This document shows positions 51,853-62,469 of a stretch of DNA of 64,000 nt, in pieces. The notes under the pieces are model-generated. The model ran no database searches. It was not told where the DNA came from and saw only the letters and a list, made by a program, of their open reading frames with translations. Made by a program: the position numbers and the translations under genes. Each line of letters starts with the position of its first letter. Positions within the stretch are counted from its first letter, which is position 1. This DNA is from Amoebophrya sp. A120 (lineage: Eukaryota; Protista; Dinoflagellata). Location: the NCBI GenBank assembly GCA_905178155.1, contig CAJINV010000012.1:3343144-3407143 (forward strand). Direction: 5' to 3'.

Positions 51853-53897
51853 GTGCGCCTGACAGAAGATTCCGGATCAGCCTCCGGCGTGTTTGCATTT
51901 CACTATGCCCGGGCCCAAACTCCGTTGAATTTTCATCAACTCGCTGCCTATCTGTGCTTGCTGCAACAGCGCAACGACTTATTTGCGGTCGATTGTACTA
52001 ATGTCGCGGACGAACACGCGGACGAGGATCACAGTCGCGTGGCACCGAACAACTACGTTGGCAACGATGCGGCTGCAGCAGAAGGCGGCGCAGCCCCTAC
52101 TGGCAACGGCAAAAACACCACAGCCGCTACAGAGCTCCAACACGACAAGCCCTCCACAAGACGAGCGCAAGGACATCTCATTTCGAAGGAAGAAGCGGCG
52201 GCCCAGTTCCACCGCCGCGCCTTACTTCGCGAGGCTGGAACCGAATCCCGAAAAACCCGCTGGCTATGGGCGAGTCTCGGGATGATTGTCGGCCAGGTCC
52301 TGGTTTTGATTGCCGTCTACGGTGCCGTGCGGCAGCTATCCTGTGCAAAAGTATCGTAGTCGTATTAATTGCAAATATGCATGACAAATCTCCTTCCTGA
52401 GGTAAAACAGCATTACAAATTCCACTTTTCCTCTGAACAAAATTTGTGATGCAATTTATACTAGTGCGATACTTTTGCAATGCATAGCAGCCTGCGTGTA
52501 GCAAGTTCTCCGCGGACGTGTGCCCGTTGGGGACGTGGTGTCGGGAGAAACAGGGCATCTGCATGTGGTGTGCATTTTGGTATCGGTCGATGTGCGAAGA
52601 ATTTCTCACAACCAACTCGTGGCGGGAGCACGTTGTGGATTGGTACAATTCCACGACGAGTGGAACAAGTGCAACATCGTCGTCCACTTCGGTGTTGCAA
52701 TTATCTTCAACAGAGGAGTTCCACTTGTCCACGACCTATTTTACCCCCCGCAAAAAGCAGGCGGATGTCGTAAACAACCGAGAGAAGGATTCTCTCTCCA
52801 TCGCTCTCGACGGGACGGAGGGCACGGACCTGCCGGGTATGTGTTACGGCTGCATGCGGGCGCTTCACGAACCAGATCTGAATCGAGTGAGCGTGAACCG
52901 TCCGGCCGATTTTGCGGGCTTTAACGCAAAGCGACAGTTCATCACGACGGAGAATGCGGACGTGTTGAATGTGCAAGAGCTAAACCGGGACGCTTACCTT
53001 GTCATTTTCGCGAGTTCGTTAATCGTTGCCTTGGCCATCTGCCGCGAGCTGAAGGACGTGCATTTGTGTCGTTTAATGATACTGCGTCACGATGAAGATG
53101 TTGATCATGATGCGCGAGCACTATCGACGTCCCCTGGAGGTTCTTCATCCTCGTCCAGAGTCAACAGGTTCATTCTGCTCGCCGGGTGCTACTTTCGCCG
53201 CTTCGGGTTAGTCGCTTTGGTGACGATGTCCATTCCAGCGCTGATTACTCATCGCGGCCGGGACGCGTTGGCGATTTGTGTGAACGCGGTGGCGATTTTA
53301 TTCCTCCTCGAGATCGACAATTTTGTGTACGATTTCCTGATTTCGGAGAAACTAACCGGCAGCTTCGAAATCGCCACGCGGCTGGATCTGCACCTGACGC
53401 CGCAAGACGCGATGCAGTTGCGCGTGCAAAAGCTGACGCATTTGTGCTTTATTCCTTGCGCAGTCCTCGTGAATCTCGGCCTGGTTGGGACAACCTACGA
53501 CACCTGGGCCATACCTGGGCACGCGGGTGGGGCCGTGAAAGAGTGGGCGATTCTGGCGATCACAATAGCCATGGCCACGGCGTTTCCGGCACTGATAGAA
53601 GACATCGCAGTTGAGAAGATGGCTGCAACTGTTGAACCTCCTGATGGGGCTTCCACACCGGTAAAAGATATTGGGCAACCTTACGCAGCCGGGGCTCCAA
53701 CGCCAGAGAACAAGGGATCAGCTGACGCAGCAGCAGACGTTACTACAGTTCAGACGGCGACGAGGTCTACCAGTCGTACACGCTTCGAGGTCCTTGTTGC
53801 GAACTCCGCTCTAAAGCACCTGCTGGCCTTTCTCGGCAGATTACTGTTTGGCTTTGTTACAGTCGCCATTGCGAGTTTTCTAACATGGGCAAGGTAA
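51853..53897 (+). CDS. Multi-pass membrane protein of unknown function (5' end uncertain)
   Basis: ORFs 51853 and 52518 join after introner removal; several hydrophobic helices, e.g. ICVNAVAILFLLEIDN. Confidence 0.65.
52337..52486. mobile_element. Introner family B (reverse orientation)
   Basis: TATCCTGTGC...GCAATGCATA, DR GCAGC. Confidence 0.9.
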
Positions 53898-54514
53898 GTA
53901 GGAATAACCGCATTAGTACCACATAGCTTGGACACCACGACGTTTGAGAGAGAAAGGCAGTTGAGCCGCTTTGAGGTGCCACTGTTTGGAGTAAACCTGA
54001 ATTCGCCAGAGAATTATCGACTTTTTGTTGCGCTCGAAGATGTTGTGTTGCAGCTATGAATCTATATAGCAGTGGAACATGAGATGTTTGTGGTGGAAAA
54101 TAAGCGAGAAAAAAGAGAAAGAGCCCCGATAGGAGAGTCGAATTTGTAAGTAGCGAGGAACAGGGAACGAGAGACGAATATGAACAGTCGTCGCTACAGC
54201 ACCTATCTTCAAAACGAACACAAAATGATGTACAGTTTCAGTTTGTCTTTCATCAAAAAAGCGCGAGGTTTTGATTGTTGGCACGCAGGATCGGTTGTTT
54301 CGGCCCATGATACGATAGCGCCACCCGTAAGTGGGGTACACGAAGTAGAATCGTTCGCAATCCTTCCCGGAATGATCGTCGTTTTAACCCGAGATTGTTG
54401 TAGTTGTTTGATGCTGACTTGCGTATGGCAAGTTTGGTTTTTCGATCGAACTGCACATTCACCGACTTTTCCCACTTGAGAGCTGCACTCTTCCAACTCC
54501 TATCGTGAAACATA

Positions 54515-57500
54515 ATGACTACCCCCGCTGCAGCACCACCTGCAAGTGCAGGGCAACAGCAGCAACAGCCCCAACAACCCGCCCCAGCAGTCCCCCAACC
54601 TCTCCCCGTGACGACTTCCACCGCCGCTGCAATAGCACCTCCTCCACCTGCAGTAGCCAATACGAAGGATAATCAGGACGACGTCGGCCCATTGGACAGT
54701 ATCTCCAATGTCGGCTCTTCCGCCACCGCTTCCACCTCCTGGCAGGGAATCGACTTCTCTTTACGTCCTCCAAAACCGCAACTTGCGTGCAACGTCGAGA
54801 ACTACACCTACAAACCGTGGTACGCGTGGACGCGCGAAGAGGTGGCGTCTGACAGTTCTATCAAGTATTTCAGAAGAAAAATAAAAGGCGTCGACTACGG
54901 AGATGATGACGATGAGGATGACGAAGGCGGAAACACGAAACATTCAACAAAAATCACCGCCGTTTCCTCCCTCGAGACCAGTCACGAAATCGCGCGGGAA
55001 AGGGAGAAACAGGAAGAGGAGCTGAAAGTGAAGCAGATGCTGCGGCGAAGCAGCTCGATTTCCTCTTTTGTCAACCCGATAGAGCTTTTTGGAAGGAGGA
55101 ACAGCAGCAATCAACTGGTGATGCCGCCGAGCGGAGCAGGAGATGCTGACAAAGACAAGAAGGACAAAAAATCGGCGGTAAAAAACGACTCCTCCGACGG
55201 CTCGGTTTTGAAGCCTTCTTCTGCAACCGAGCAAGAGAAGAAAGACGGCCAACCGGCAAACCCGTCCGACGACACCACAAAATCGGATTCCAATGACAAG
55301 AAGGAAGAAGAGTTTTCAGACCATCCGCCCACCGTCGTCCACTTCGTTCTCGACGTGAACAGTTGGTCGGTGGAAACCGTCGAGGCGCGGGAAATCCTGC
55401 ACGCGAAATTCACCTTCCACTGGTACTGGTGCGATGAAAGACTGATCGGCTACCCGCCGGAAAAAGATCTGCCGAAAAATGTCTGGCGGCCGGAAGTGAT
55501 GGCGTGCGCGGGCGTATGAGAGTGCACAACTCCCCCTCGAGCCCCTCGTTTGTAGGGCATGGGCAGCAATACAAGCGGCGGCAACAGTGCAGGTTTTGAA
55601 TGACAAATCCACCTCGGGTCGTAGTGCTGTTTGGGCTGCCAGAATCTGTCATGCAAGAAGTGCCAAGAGGCAACGGGCGCGTTTGGTAATTAGCATCACA
55701 AATGAGGTGGAGGGGGAGTTATGCGCGCTCATAGGGGGTGAAGGTGGACGAGAAATATGAGACGATGCCGAAGTTTCAGTCCGGCCCGCACCAGAAATTC
55801 AACGGAGAGCTGGAGTTGTCGCTAGTCGCGACCTTGGAGCCGGGGTACGACATGCAGAAGGACATCCAGCGGCTACGGGTGTTCCCCTTCGACAGTCTCC
55901 GGTTAGATTTATCCGTGTCCTTACGACAGTGCACCACTCCCCCTCCGCCTCATTTGTATTGCATCACCAGCAATGCAAACGCCAGCGGCCCTGGAGCCTG
56001 TGCATGACAAATCTATGTGCCTACTGTAGTACTGCTTGGGCTTTCGAAATTTGTCATGCAAACCATGCCACAGGCAAGCGGCTGCATTTCGAATTTTGGA
56101 AGACAAATGAGGGGGAGGGGATGTTGTGCACTTTCATAGCCCTCGCACAACCTGAAGCGGTTTGACGGCGTGAGCGAGATCCAACTCAGGTTAGATAGGA
56201 AGAATCCGGGGGGCAGGAAGGACAAAGGACATCCGCACCAGCACGTCAACTGGATCTGCACGAATAAGAACAGCGGGGAATACGAGTGTGTGGAGTTGAG
56301 ATACGGGTTGGGGAGGTTGACGTGGAAGGAAAAAAGGATTCCGCAGTTCTTGTTCTCCTTCTCGTTGAAAAGAACCGCGAATTACTACGTGTTGAAGGGA
56401 ATAATACCGCTGTATTGCTCCATGTTGTTCGGCGCCATGAATTATTTCACGGAGGTGAATGACTTGTCCACGCGGCTGCAGTCGTTATTAGCGCTGTTCC
56501 TCACCTGTTTCGCGATTCAGTGGACGTTGTTGGAAAGATTGCCGAAGTTCCCGTTTCTAACCGTTTTGGACAATGTCGCGTACTCCGTGGTGATCGCGTT
56601 GTTTTTAATGGGCTCCGGGTTCTGCATTGCTTATTACACTTGCAGGGAGCGACTCGTGATCGAAGACAGTGAAATCGTCTGCGGGAGCTCCACTAGCGGG
56701 TCCGCCAGCAGTCCGTCGATCGGACAGAATTCCCCCTCTGGCGGCTCCACCGGGCAAACAACGACCTCGAACGCGTGTGCAACCGCGAACAGTCAGTCCG
56801 GGGTGATGACTACGAAAACGACGAAGGATTTTTTCGTGCGGTTCGACTTGGACAAGGGGGAATTAGTGGATAAAATCTCCATTTTAGTCGTCGCCGTGTA
56901 CGTCTTGATCTACTGCATCGGCTACAAGTTTTTTTACACGGTGTTTTTCAGTAAGAAAACGCGGAACGGGGGAGCGTACAGAGCGTGGCGGGACGGCGCG
57001 GATTTGCGGAATAAGTATCAAATGCAAATATATCTGGGTCTGGAAGAATGCAAGATTTGTCATGCATATTTCTCAGGACCCATGATGCCTGTACTGCATG
57101 ACCTAGCATCACAGACGTTTGGAGGGCTTTCTGATGCGCCTTCCGCATGAGAAATACCCTGCCCGTGTAGTACAAATTGGATCCCTCTTGCTGGTGATGC
57201 AATACAAATTTTTCTACAATCCGAAAACAGCATGACAAGTTGCAACCTTTCAGACCCAGACATATGTGCAATGCATAATAAGTATTTTAAACCGATTCGG
57301 GCTTGGTGTCTGAAGCTAGATGACGCGTTCTTCCGCGGAGGAGTGTTTTTAGGGATGGGCCGAGGCCAAGGTCGCGTGGCCGCACAGGTCGACTTCATTC
57401 GTCGGGGTCCACCACCGAATGCGGAAACAGGACGCGTCGTCCGGGTTCACCTTTCTTGTGTCGTGCCGGATAAAAGTACCTCCAGGGCAGCCCTCGGCAT

Positions 57501-60500
57501 TGTCCTCGTTGTGGTCGGATAATTTAGTCATGGGCCAGACGAAAGCCGTTTCACTGTACTTCATCTGTGCGGCAACGTGCAAAAACCAATCTGGTGTTTC
57601 GGTTGGATGTGGCACGGAGAGGACGGCCCCGTCGTTATCGCTTTTCCAATCCCGGGGGCATCTCTCCGTATAATCGTAGTCAAACACCAGCACCGCGGCC
57701 GGGTTACCTGCAAACGTCCGGGTCGTGAACGCGTTTACCACCCAGGTGTCGCACTTCAAAACCCGGGTGCTGCTCTTATTCCTATTTCTTGTTGTACTAC
57801 CTGTCGCAGCGACTTTAGTCACGACGTCGTCAATACTTTGGTTTTTTGTACCAGCGGGGGACGGGTTTGGCGTTGGCTCCGGAGGTTCGGCGGTGGTGGA
57901 TTTTTTCTGTTTCTTCGACATCCTGTCTCGGTTGTTGGGGTTGCGGAGGACAAACGATGAAATCGGGTCAGTCACATCAGTTGAAGCTTACACAAAGACG
58001 ACAAAAACTACAGGGGGTTAGACTTATACTCCTCACCTTACCATGCTGAAAGAATCTGCCAGCTAGGTCATTGCAAAAGGGAAAAGAAAAAACCCGAGGA
58101 TCAATTACAATTACAATTTTTCTACGATGCCAGGCTCCTCCAGCAAAAATGGAGATGGAACGCTACGTACCTACGGCGTCAAACAACGACGTTCTTCTCC
58201 ACGACCAGTAGCTGCAGCTGCAATGACCACATCACAGCGGACGAGAAGGTCTTGTCTATCGATTTTTGGTGTCAGTCTACTTCAGTACATTGGTTGGAGA
58301 TTAGGTGGTAGGGGTTGTTCCGAATCGAAAAAATATTACCGCATCTGCTATTTGGTCTGGTGTTCTGCTGCCTGCTTGACGGTCGAATTTGGTCCGAGGG
58401 TCTTTCTACGCGGTGCTTCTTGTAGTCGCGCGTGATTTCTCTCCTTTCGTCGAAGGATTCCAGAGACCGCACGCGCGGAATGCAGTCCCCGCCCGCGCCC
58501 ACTACGATCCCGCAGGAGCTGCTGCTTTTCGAGCTGGTGCCCAGTGTCACCTCGGACGCGCAGCTCGTCATCTGGTGCCCGACCACGTGACAGCTGCCTG
58601 ACTGACCCGGCACAACGCCGCCACTTCGCGACGACACGCCGAGTTGCCGCGTGCTGCTACACCTACTCAGACCGTTGCTATTACTGGAAGAAGGACCCCC
58701 GGGACCGCCTATGCCGCTCGTTGTGCCCGAGCTAATGAACCAGACGGGTTCTGGATGTTGTGCCCGAGCTAGATGACGCGTTCTTCCGCGGAGGAGTGTT
58801 TTTAGGCATGGGAAAAGAATGACAGAGTCTGTGAGGTCTCTTTCATGCCTATCCTGCATGAGAAAATCTCTCCCAACTTGGTCAAAAGTGGACAGCTTTT
58901 GGCACTCATGCAACACAGATTTTTGCATGATTCGGATTTAGCATGACAAGTTGCAATCTTCCAGACCCAGACACTTTTGCAATCCATAAAGAAGGAAGTG
59001 ACAGACTTGAATATCGACTTGCTGGAACTGATTTCCGCAAATTCTAATGGAATCAATAGATGAGGATGACGAATGGTGAAGATGGAGAAAAGCATCAGAA
59101 CTATTGAGACTCGCACAACTTCGAATCCGAATGTACGTTAGGATTTTTGCTGAGGCCGACCGCCGATCCTGAAATAGAGCTCGTTGACACAGACAACGAA
59201 GATGACTTCGATATGTTGCTGGGCGCAAGCTCCTGCGGGTACGATGATCTGGATGATCGCAATTGTACTTCTGAACGGTCGTCTGGTTCATCACCAGTAG
59301 AAAAGATAAAGCTACAAGAACTCCCACCTGCGATGCATGTTGACCACACAGGAGAGGTTGTAGAAGTAGCTCCTCTCGAGGAGCCAGAGGCAGAAGAGGG
59401 GCTCACGGGGGCTTCGCCTGTGGAGGTCGTCGCACAGAAAACTACTACACATCTACTTACCACTGGGGATTGCGACTTCGAGAACAAAATCAAGATCGAA
59501 AAGTCTTCTCAAGGAACAAACTGCTCTTTACTTCTCACTACTTGCTGGAGGCAAGGAAAAGTTCTCTCGGTGCCGTCGTGAGACAAATTATCGGATTGGA
59601 AATTGATCACTACAAAAGAAATGGATCACTCATCTTCGAGGGGAGTAGTAGAGGGCTGTCGGTTGTGCGGCCAGACGTCACGAATCGCCAAGATTGCTGA
59701 CTAAATACGCGCTCAAAAATTTGTGATCATGACATCACTGCCCCACGACTGTTGATGTTGAAGTTGATACTAATGGGCAGGCGCAATACAGATTGATATT
59801 TTGGAAAAACCAAAAAATGAAACAGACTTTCGGCACAGGAGCTTTCATCTTTTCTGGGTTTGAATGATTCTCCGAAACTGAAACTGAAACGCTGCTGAAA
59901 ACATCAACACTTAACTAGACTCACATAGTGAGCGCTGATATACATAATAAAACTACAACCCCTATTGCAACTGCTCAACTGCTTTTCCTAGAATATATAT
60001 TTTTATTATTTGGCTGCAAGACCCGGTCTCTTTGATTTGTCTCTTAAAAGTTCTCTCGTCCCCTTGATTTTCGCTTTGAACAGCAGAGTTGCTTCTGACT
60101 TTGTTACCCGAGTAATTTATTGATTTCTCTTCGTTAGAGTGCTTCACTTACAGACGGTCTCGATAAAAATGAAAACGTTCTCCTTTGTTCGTCATGTCCT
60201 TGCAACGACCTCCGCCGGTGGCATGTTTTTCAACTTTCCTGGAGAAGTTTTGGTAGCTTTGTTGAGTGCGGAAATTTTTCAGACTACTCCAAGCACCACT
60301 AGCTACTTTCCCCAAACAGTGGTGGCTGTGCAATTTAGGTCTGGTTTACAGCCCGGAAGCAGCAGCGATGGTAGCAAGGGGAATAGGGGAAGAGGACGAG
60401 TCAGCGGGCCTGGAAGACGCGGAGGGCGGTCGCAAAGATTCCTGTTGAACAGGGAAATGCGGGACTACGTTGAGAACGGCAACCTTTCAGGCGCGAAGGG

Positions 60501-61607
60501 TGTTTTTGAAGATATGAAACAGATAGGCGTGAAGCCGGACGTCGTCAGCTACAACACGTTGCTGGGCGGCCTTGTGTTTTTAGGCATGGGAAAAGCAATA
60601 GATGACGCGTTCTTCCGCGGAGGGGTGTTTTTAGGCGGAAAGCTTTCCGGACGCGGAAGGTGCTGCCATTCTTCTGGTGCATTTCTCCCCCTGCCGCCGC
60701 TCTGATGTCTGCATCGGCAGAGTCGGATGTTGAAGATAGCAGATAGACAGTAGCTGCGTTTGTGATTTTCGGTTTGGTCAATCCAACAAGTCCATCCGAG
60801 CCCGCAGGCTTTGTCTTTGGGGGCTAATGAGGAAATATCGCCAACATGGAAACTGCCCCGCGTGGCTTACGCCATTGCGGAAGTTTTTCCTCATTTGCCT
60901 GGTATTTGAAAAGATGTCTGCTACCAACCCTACCAGAAAGTATCGCGCGATGCTAGCGAACGCTATTACAGGTTCTGGCAGTTTCTGGGTAGAGGTATCC
61001 CGCGATAAAGCGGAGGGCTCAGGTCTGTACCTAAGTAACGAACTTGGGGGCATTAGGAGTTTTCTTTGTCTAGTTTGTCTTTTGCGCTGGGATTCATTTC
61101 TCACTGACATGGTGGCCGAAGTTTCTACTCGTATCCGCAAAAGCAAGCTCGAGTATGGCACCAAGCGAGTGCTGCAGGTGTTTCTGCAGTCCGCACACTT
61201 TCGCAATTCGCGCATGACAAACAGGGGCAATACTAGCCTTATCCCGCTTCCCGTGTCAATAAATAATGGGTTTTCTGACTTATAACTAGTCATGGTAGAG
61301 ATTTTTACGCTTTGGGGCAACTTTCGCAATTGCACGCAACCACCACCAAAGCTGGCGCTCACAGCTTGAGGAAAAGCTTTCTGTCGATGGGATCATCGGA
61401 CAGATTGAATTAATCGCAGGGGAGTGGGGATCTAGGACGCAAAAAATGCGTCTACCGCCCCAGAGATGGGGCGAGACGCCCACATGTTTGAAGCTAGATG
61501 ACGCGTTCTTCCGCGGAGGGGTGTTTTTAGGGATGGGAAAAGAACTGGAGTGGGACGGGGTGGAGACCATGAATAATGAGACAGAACCCGTGATTGTGAG
61601 TTTTTAG
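54515..61607 (+). CDS. Pentameric ligand-gated ion channel-like protein (Cys-less Pro-loop type); last exon interrupted by 57313-61490
   Basis: FHWYWCDERL, VWRPEV, LRVFPFDS, LKRTANYYVLKGIIP, LPKFPFLTVLD and 4 TM helices; probable original tail KLDDAFFRGGVFLGMGKELEWDGVETMNNETEPVIVSF* at 61491-61607. Confidence 0.75.
55515..55733. mobile_element. Introner family D
   Basis: DR GGGCG/GGGGG; frame restored. Confidence 0.88.
55922..56138. mobile_element. Introner family D
   Basis: TACGACAGTGCAC...GTGCACTTTCATA, DR GTCCT/GCCCT; frame restored. Confidence 0.85.
57016..57277. mobile_element. Introner family A
   Basis: DR ATAAG; reverse orientation relative to 34179-34441. Confidence 0.9.
57355..57921 (-). 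pseudogene. 5' fragment of a PhzF-family (DAP-epimerase-like) gene
   Basis: VNAFTTRTFAGNPAAV, SETAFV, RIRWWTPTNEVDLCGHATLASAH, then cut at repeat copy 1. Confidence 0.85.
58820..58988. mobile_element. Truncated family A introner (right part only)
   Basis: Starts mid-element at repeat copy 2 and ends TTCCAGACCCAGACACTTTTGCAATCCATA. Confidence 0.85.
60169..60573 (+). pseudogene. 5' fragment of a pentatricopeptide-repeat (PPR) protein gene
   Basis: GNLSGAKGVFEDMKQIGVKPDVVSYNTLLGG, cut at repeat copy 3. Confidence 0.75.
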
Positions 61608-62469
61608 AAGTAGTAGAGGAGGTTCTTGTTGACGTGGTCACCGCAGCTGTAGGCAGAGTTTGAGTTACTTTCACAGCAGTTCTTGCGTGTCCATGCCGTC
61701 AGCAGCACGAGAAGTTGATGCTTTTGTTTCGTTTCGAGAAGTTGGACTTGAAATTGAAGAGAGCGCTCTTGAGAATTTGTGATCTTGTTTCAAGAACACA
61801 GAAGTAATGACGTTTCTAGAAAAGAAAAAGTTCTGACATTCTTTTCGAAAGAAAAATGACGATCTGAATCAGCTTCAGACGCAATCACAGCAGCGCTCTA
61901 GCGACCGAACCTAAATCCTGTTCACCACGAGCAATCGGTCGTGCTTGAAATTTCTACTAGATCGTACTTTCCTTCGGTCATATCTCTGTGAAAGTCGACT
62001 ACACGTAAAAGAGGATCTTTAAATCGTGGCTCTTTCATCAACACCATGAAGATAGAGCTCAAGAGAACTGTCCTGGATCAACATCCCAGCAAAGTGAAAC
62101 GCGATGGATCAACATTCCAGCAGAGTGAAACGCGATCTAAAACAATTTGTTGGTTCAAACGCATCTTGATTCGGAGAGGAAAAACCATTTCACGAATGAT
62201 CTGGATCAAATCTAAATGTTCTAAAGATCTCGACACTGCGATGATCGCGATAGACAAGCCAATCAATGCCACTCGCTGAGCTAAAAACACGACCTTGTTC
62301 CAAAATCCATATGCCACTACTATCACCTCCCCGTCCTTCTTTCACAACTACAGGGAAACTAGAGTGGTAGAATACTTTTTGGTATTCTGCTTCTATTGTC
62401 TGTACCTGGGTACATACAAATCATTGAACCTGAATCAGTACTTCAAACCCTCCACAAACCACACACAAA

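Larger units (their letters stand above)
57311..61544 (+). repeat. Four dispersed direct copies of a ~50-bp channel-gene segment separating three foreign fragments
   Basis: AGCTAGATGACGCGTTCTTCCGCGGAGG(A/G)GTGTTTTTAGG(G/C)ATGGG at 57311-57359, 58767-58819, 60574-60636 (permuted) and 61489-61544. Confidence 0.9.

Noticed and set aside
4806-57277. Tc1/mariner MITEs with a TA target duplication
   Set aside because: The TA belongs to the element end; the real duplication is the variable 5-mer outside it, and only that model restores the frames
19483-58988. Recurrent ORF peptides CKNVWVWK, LPDPDIFAFD, MSGSGR, LQKYRT and IWGGGIF as a protein repeat family
   Set aside because: They are translations of introner TIRs in various frames, not conserved protein domains
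57311-61544. CRISPR array, sequencing linker or Helitron 3' ends (minus-strand hairpin plus CTAG)
   Set aside because: Eukaryotic context, no cas genes and kb-sized spacers; copies vary at synonymous sites and are in frame with the channel gene on both sides; CTAG is followed by C rather than the T of a Helitron A|T target
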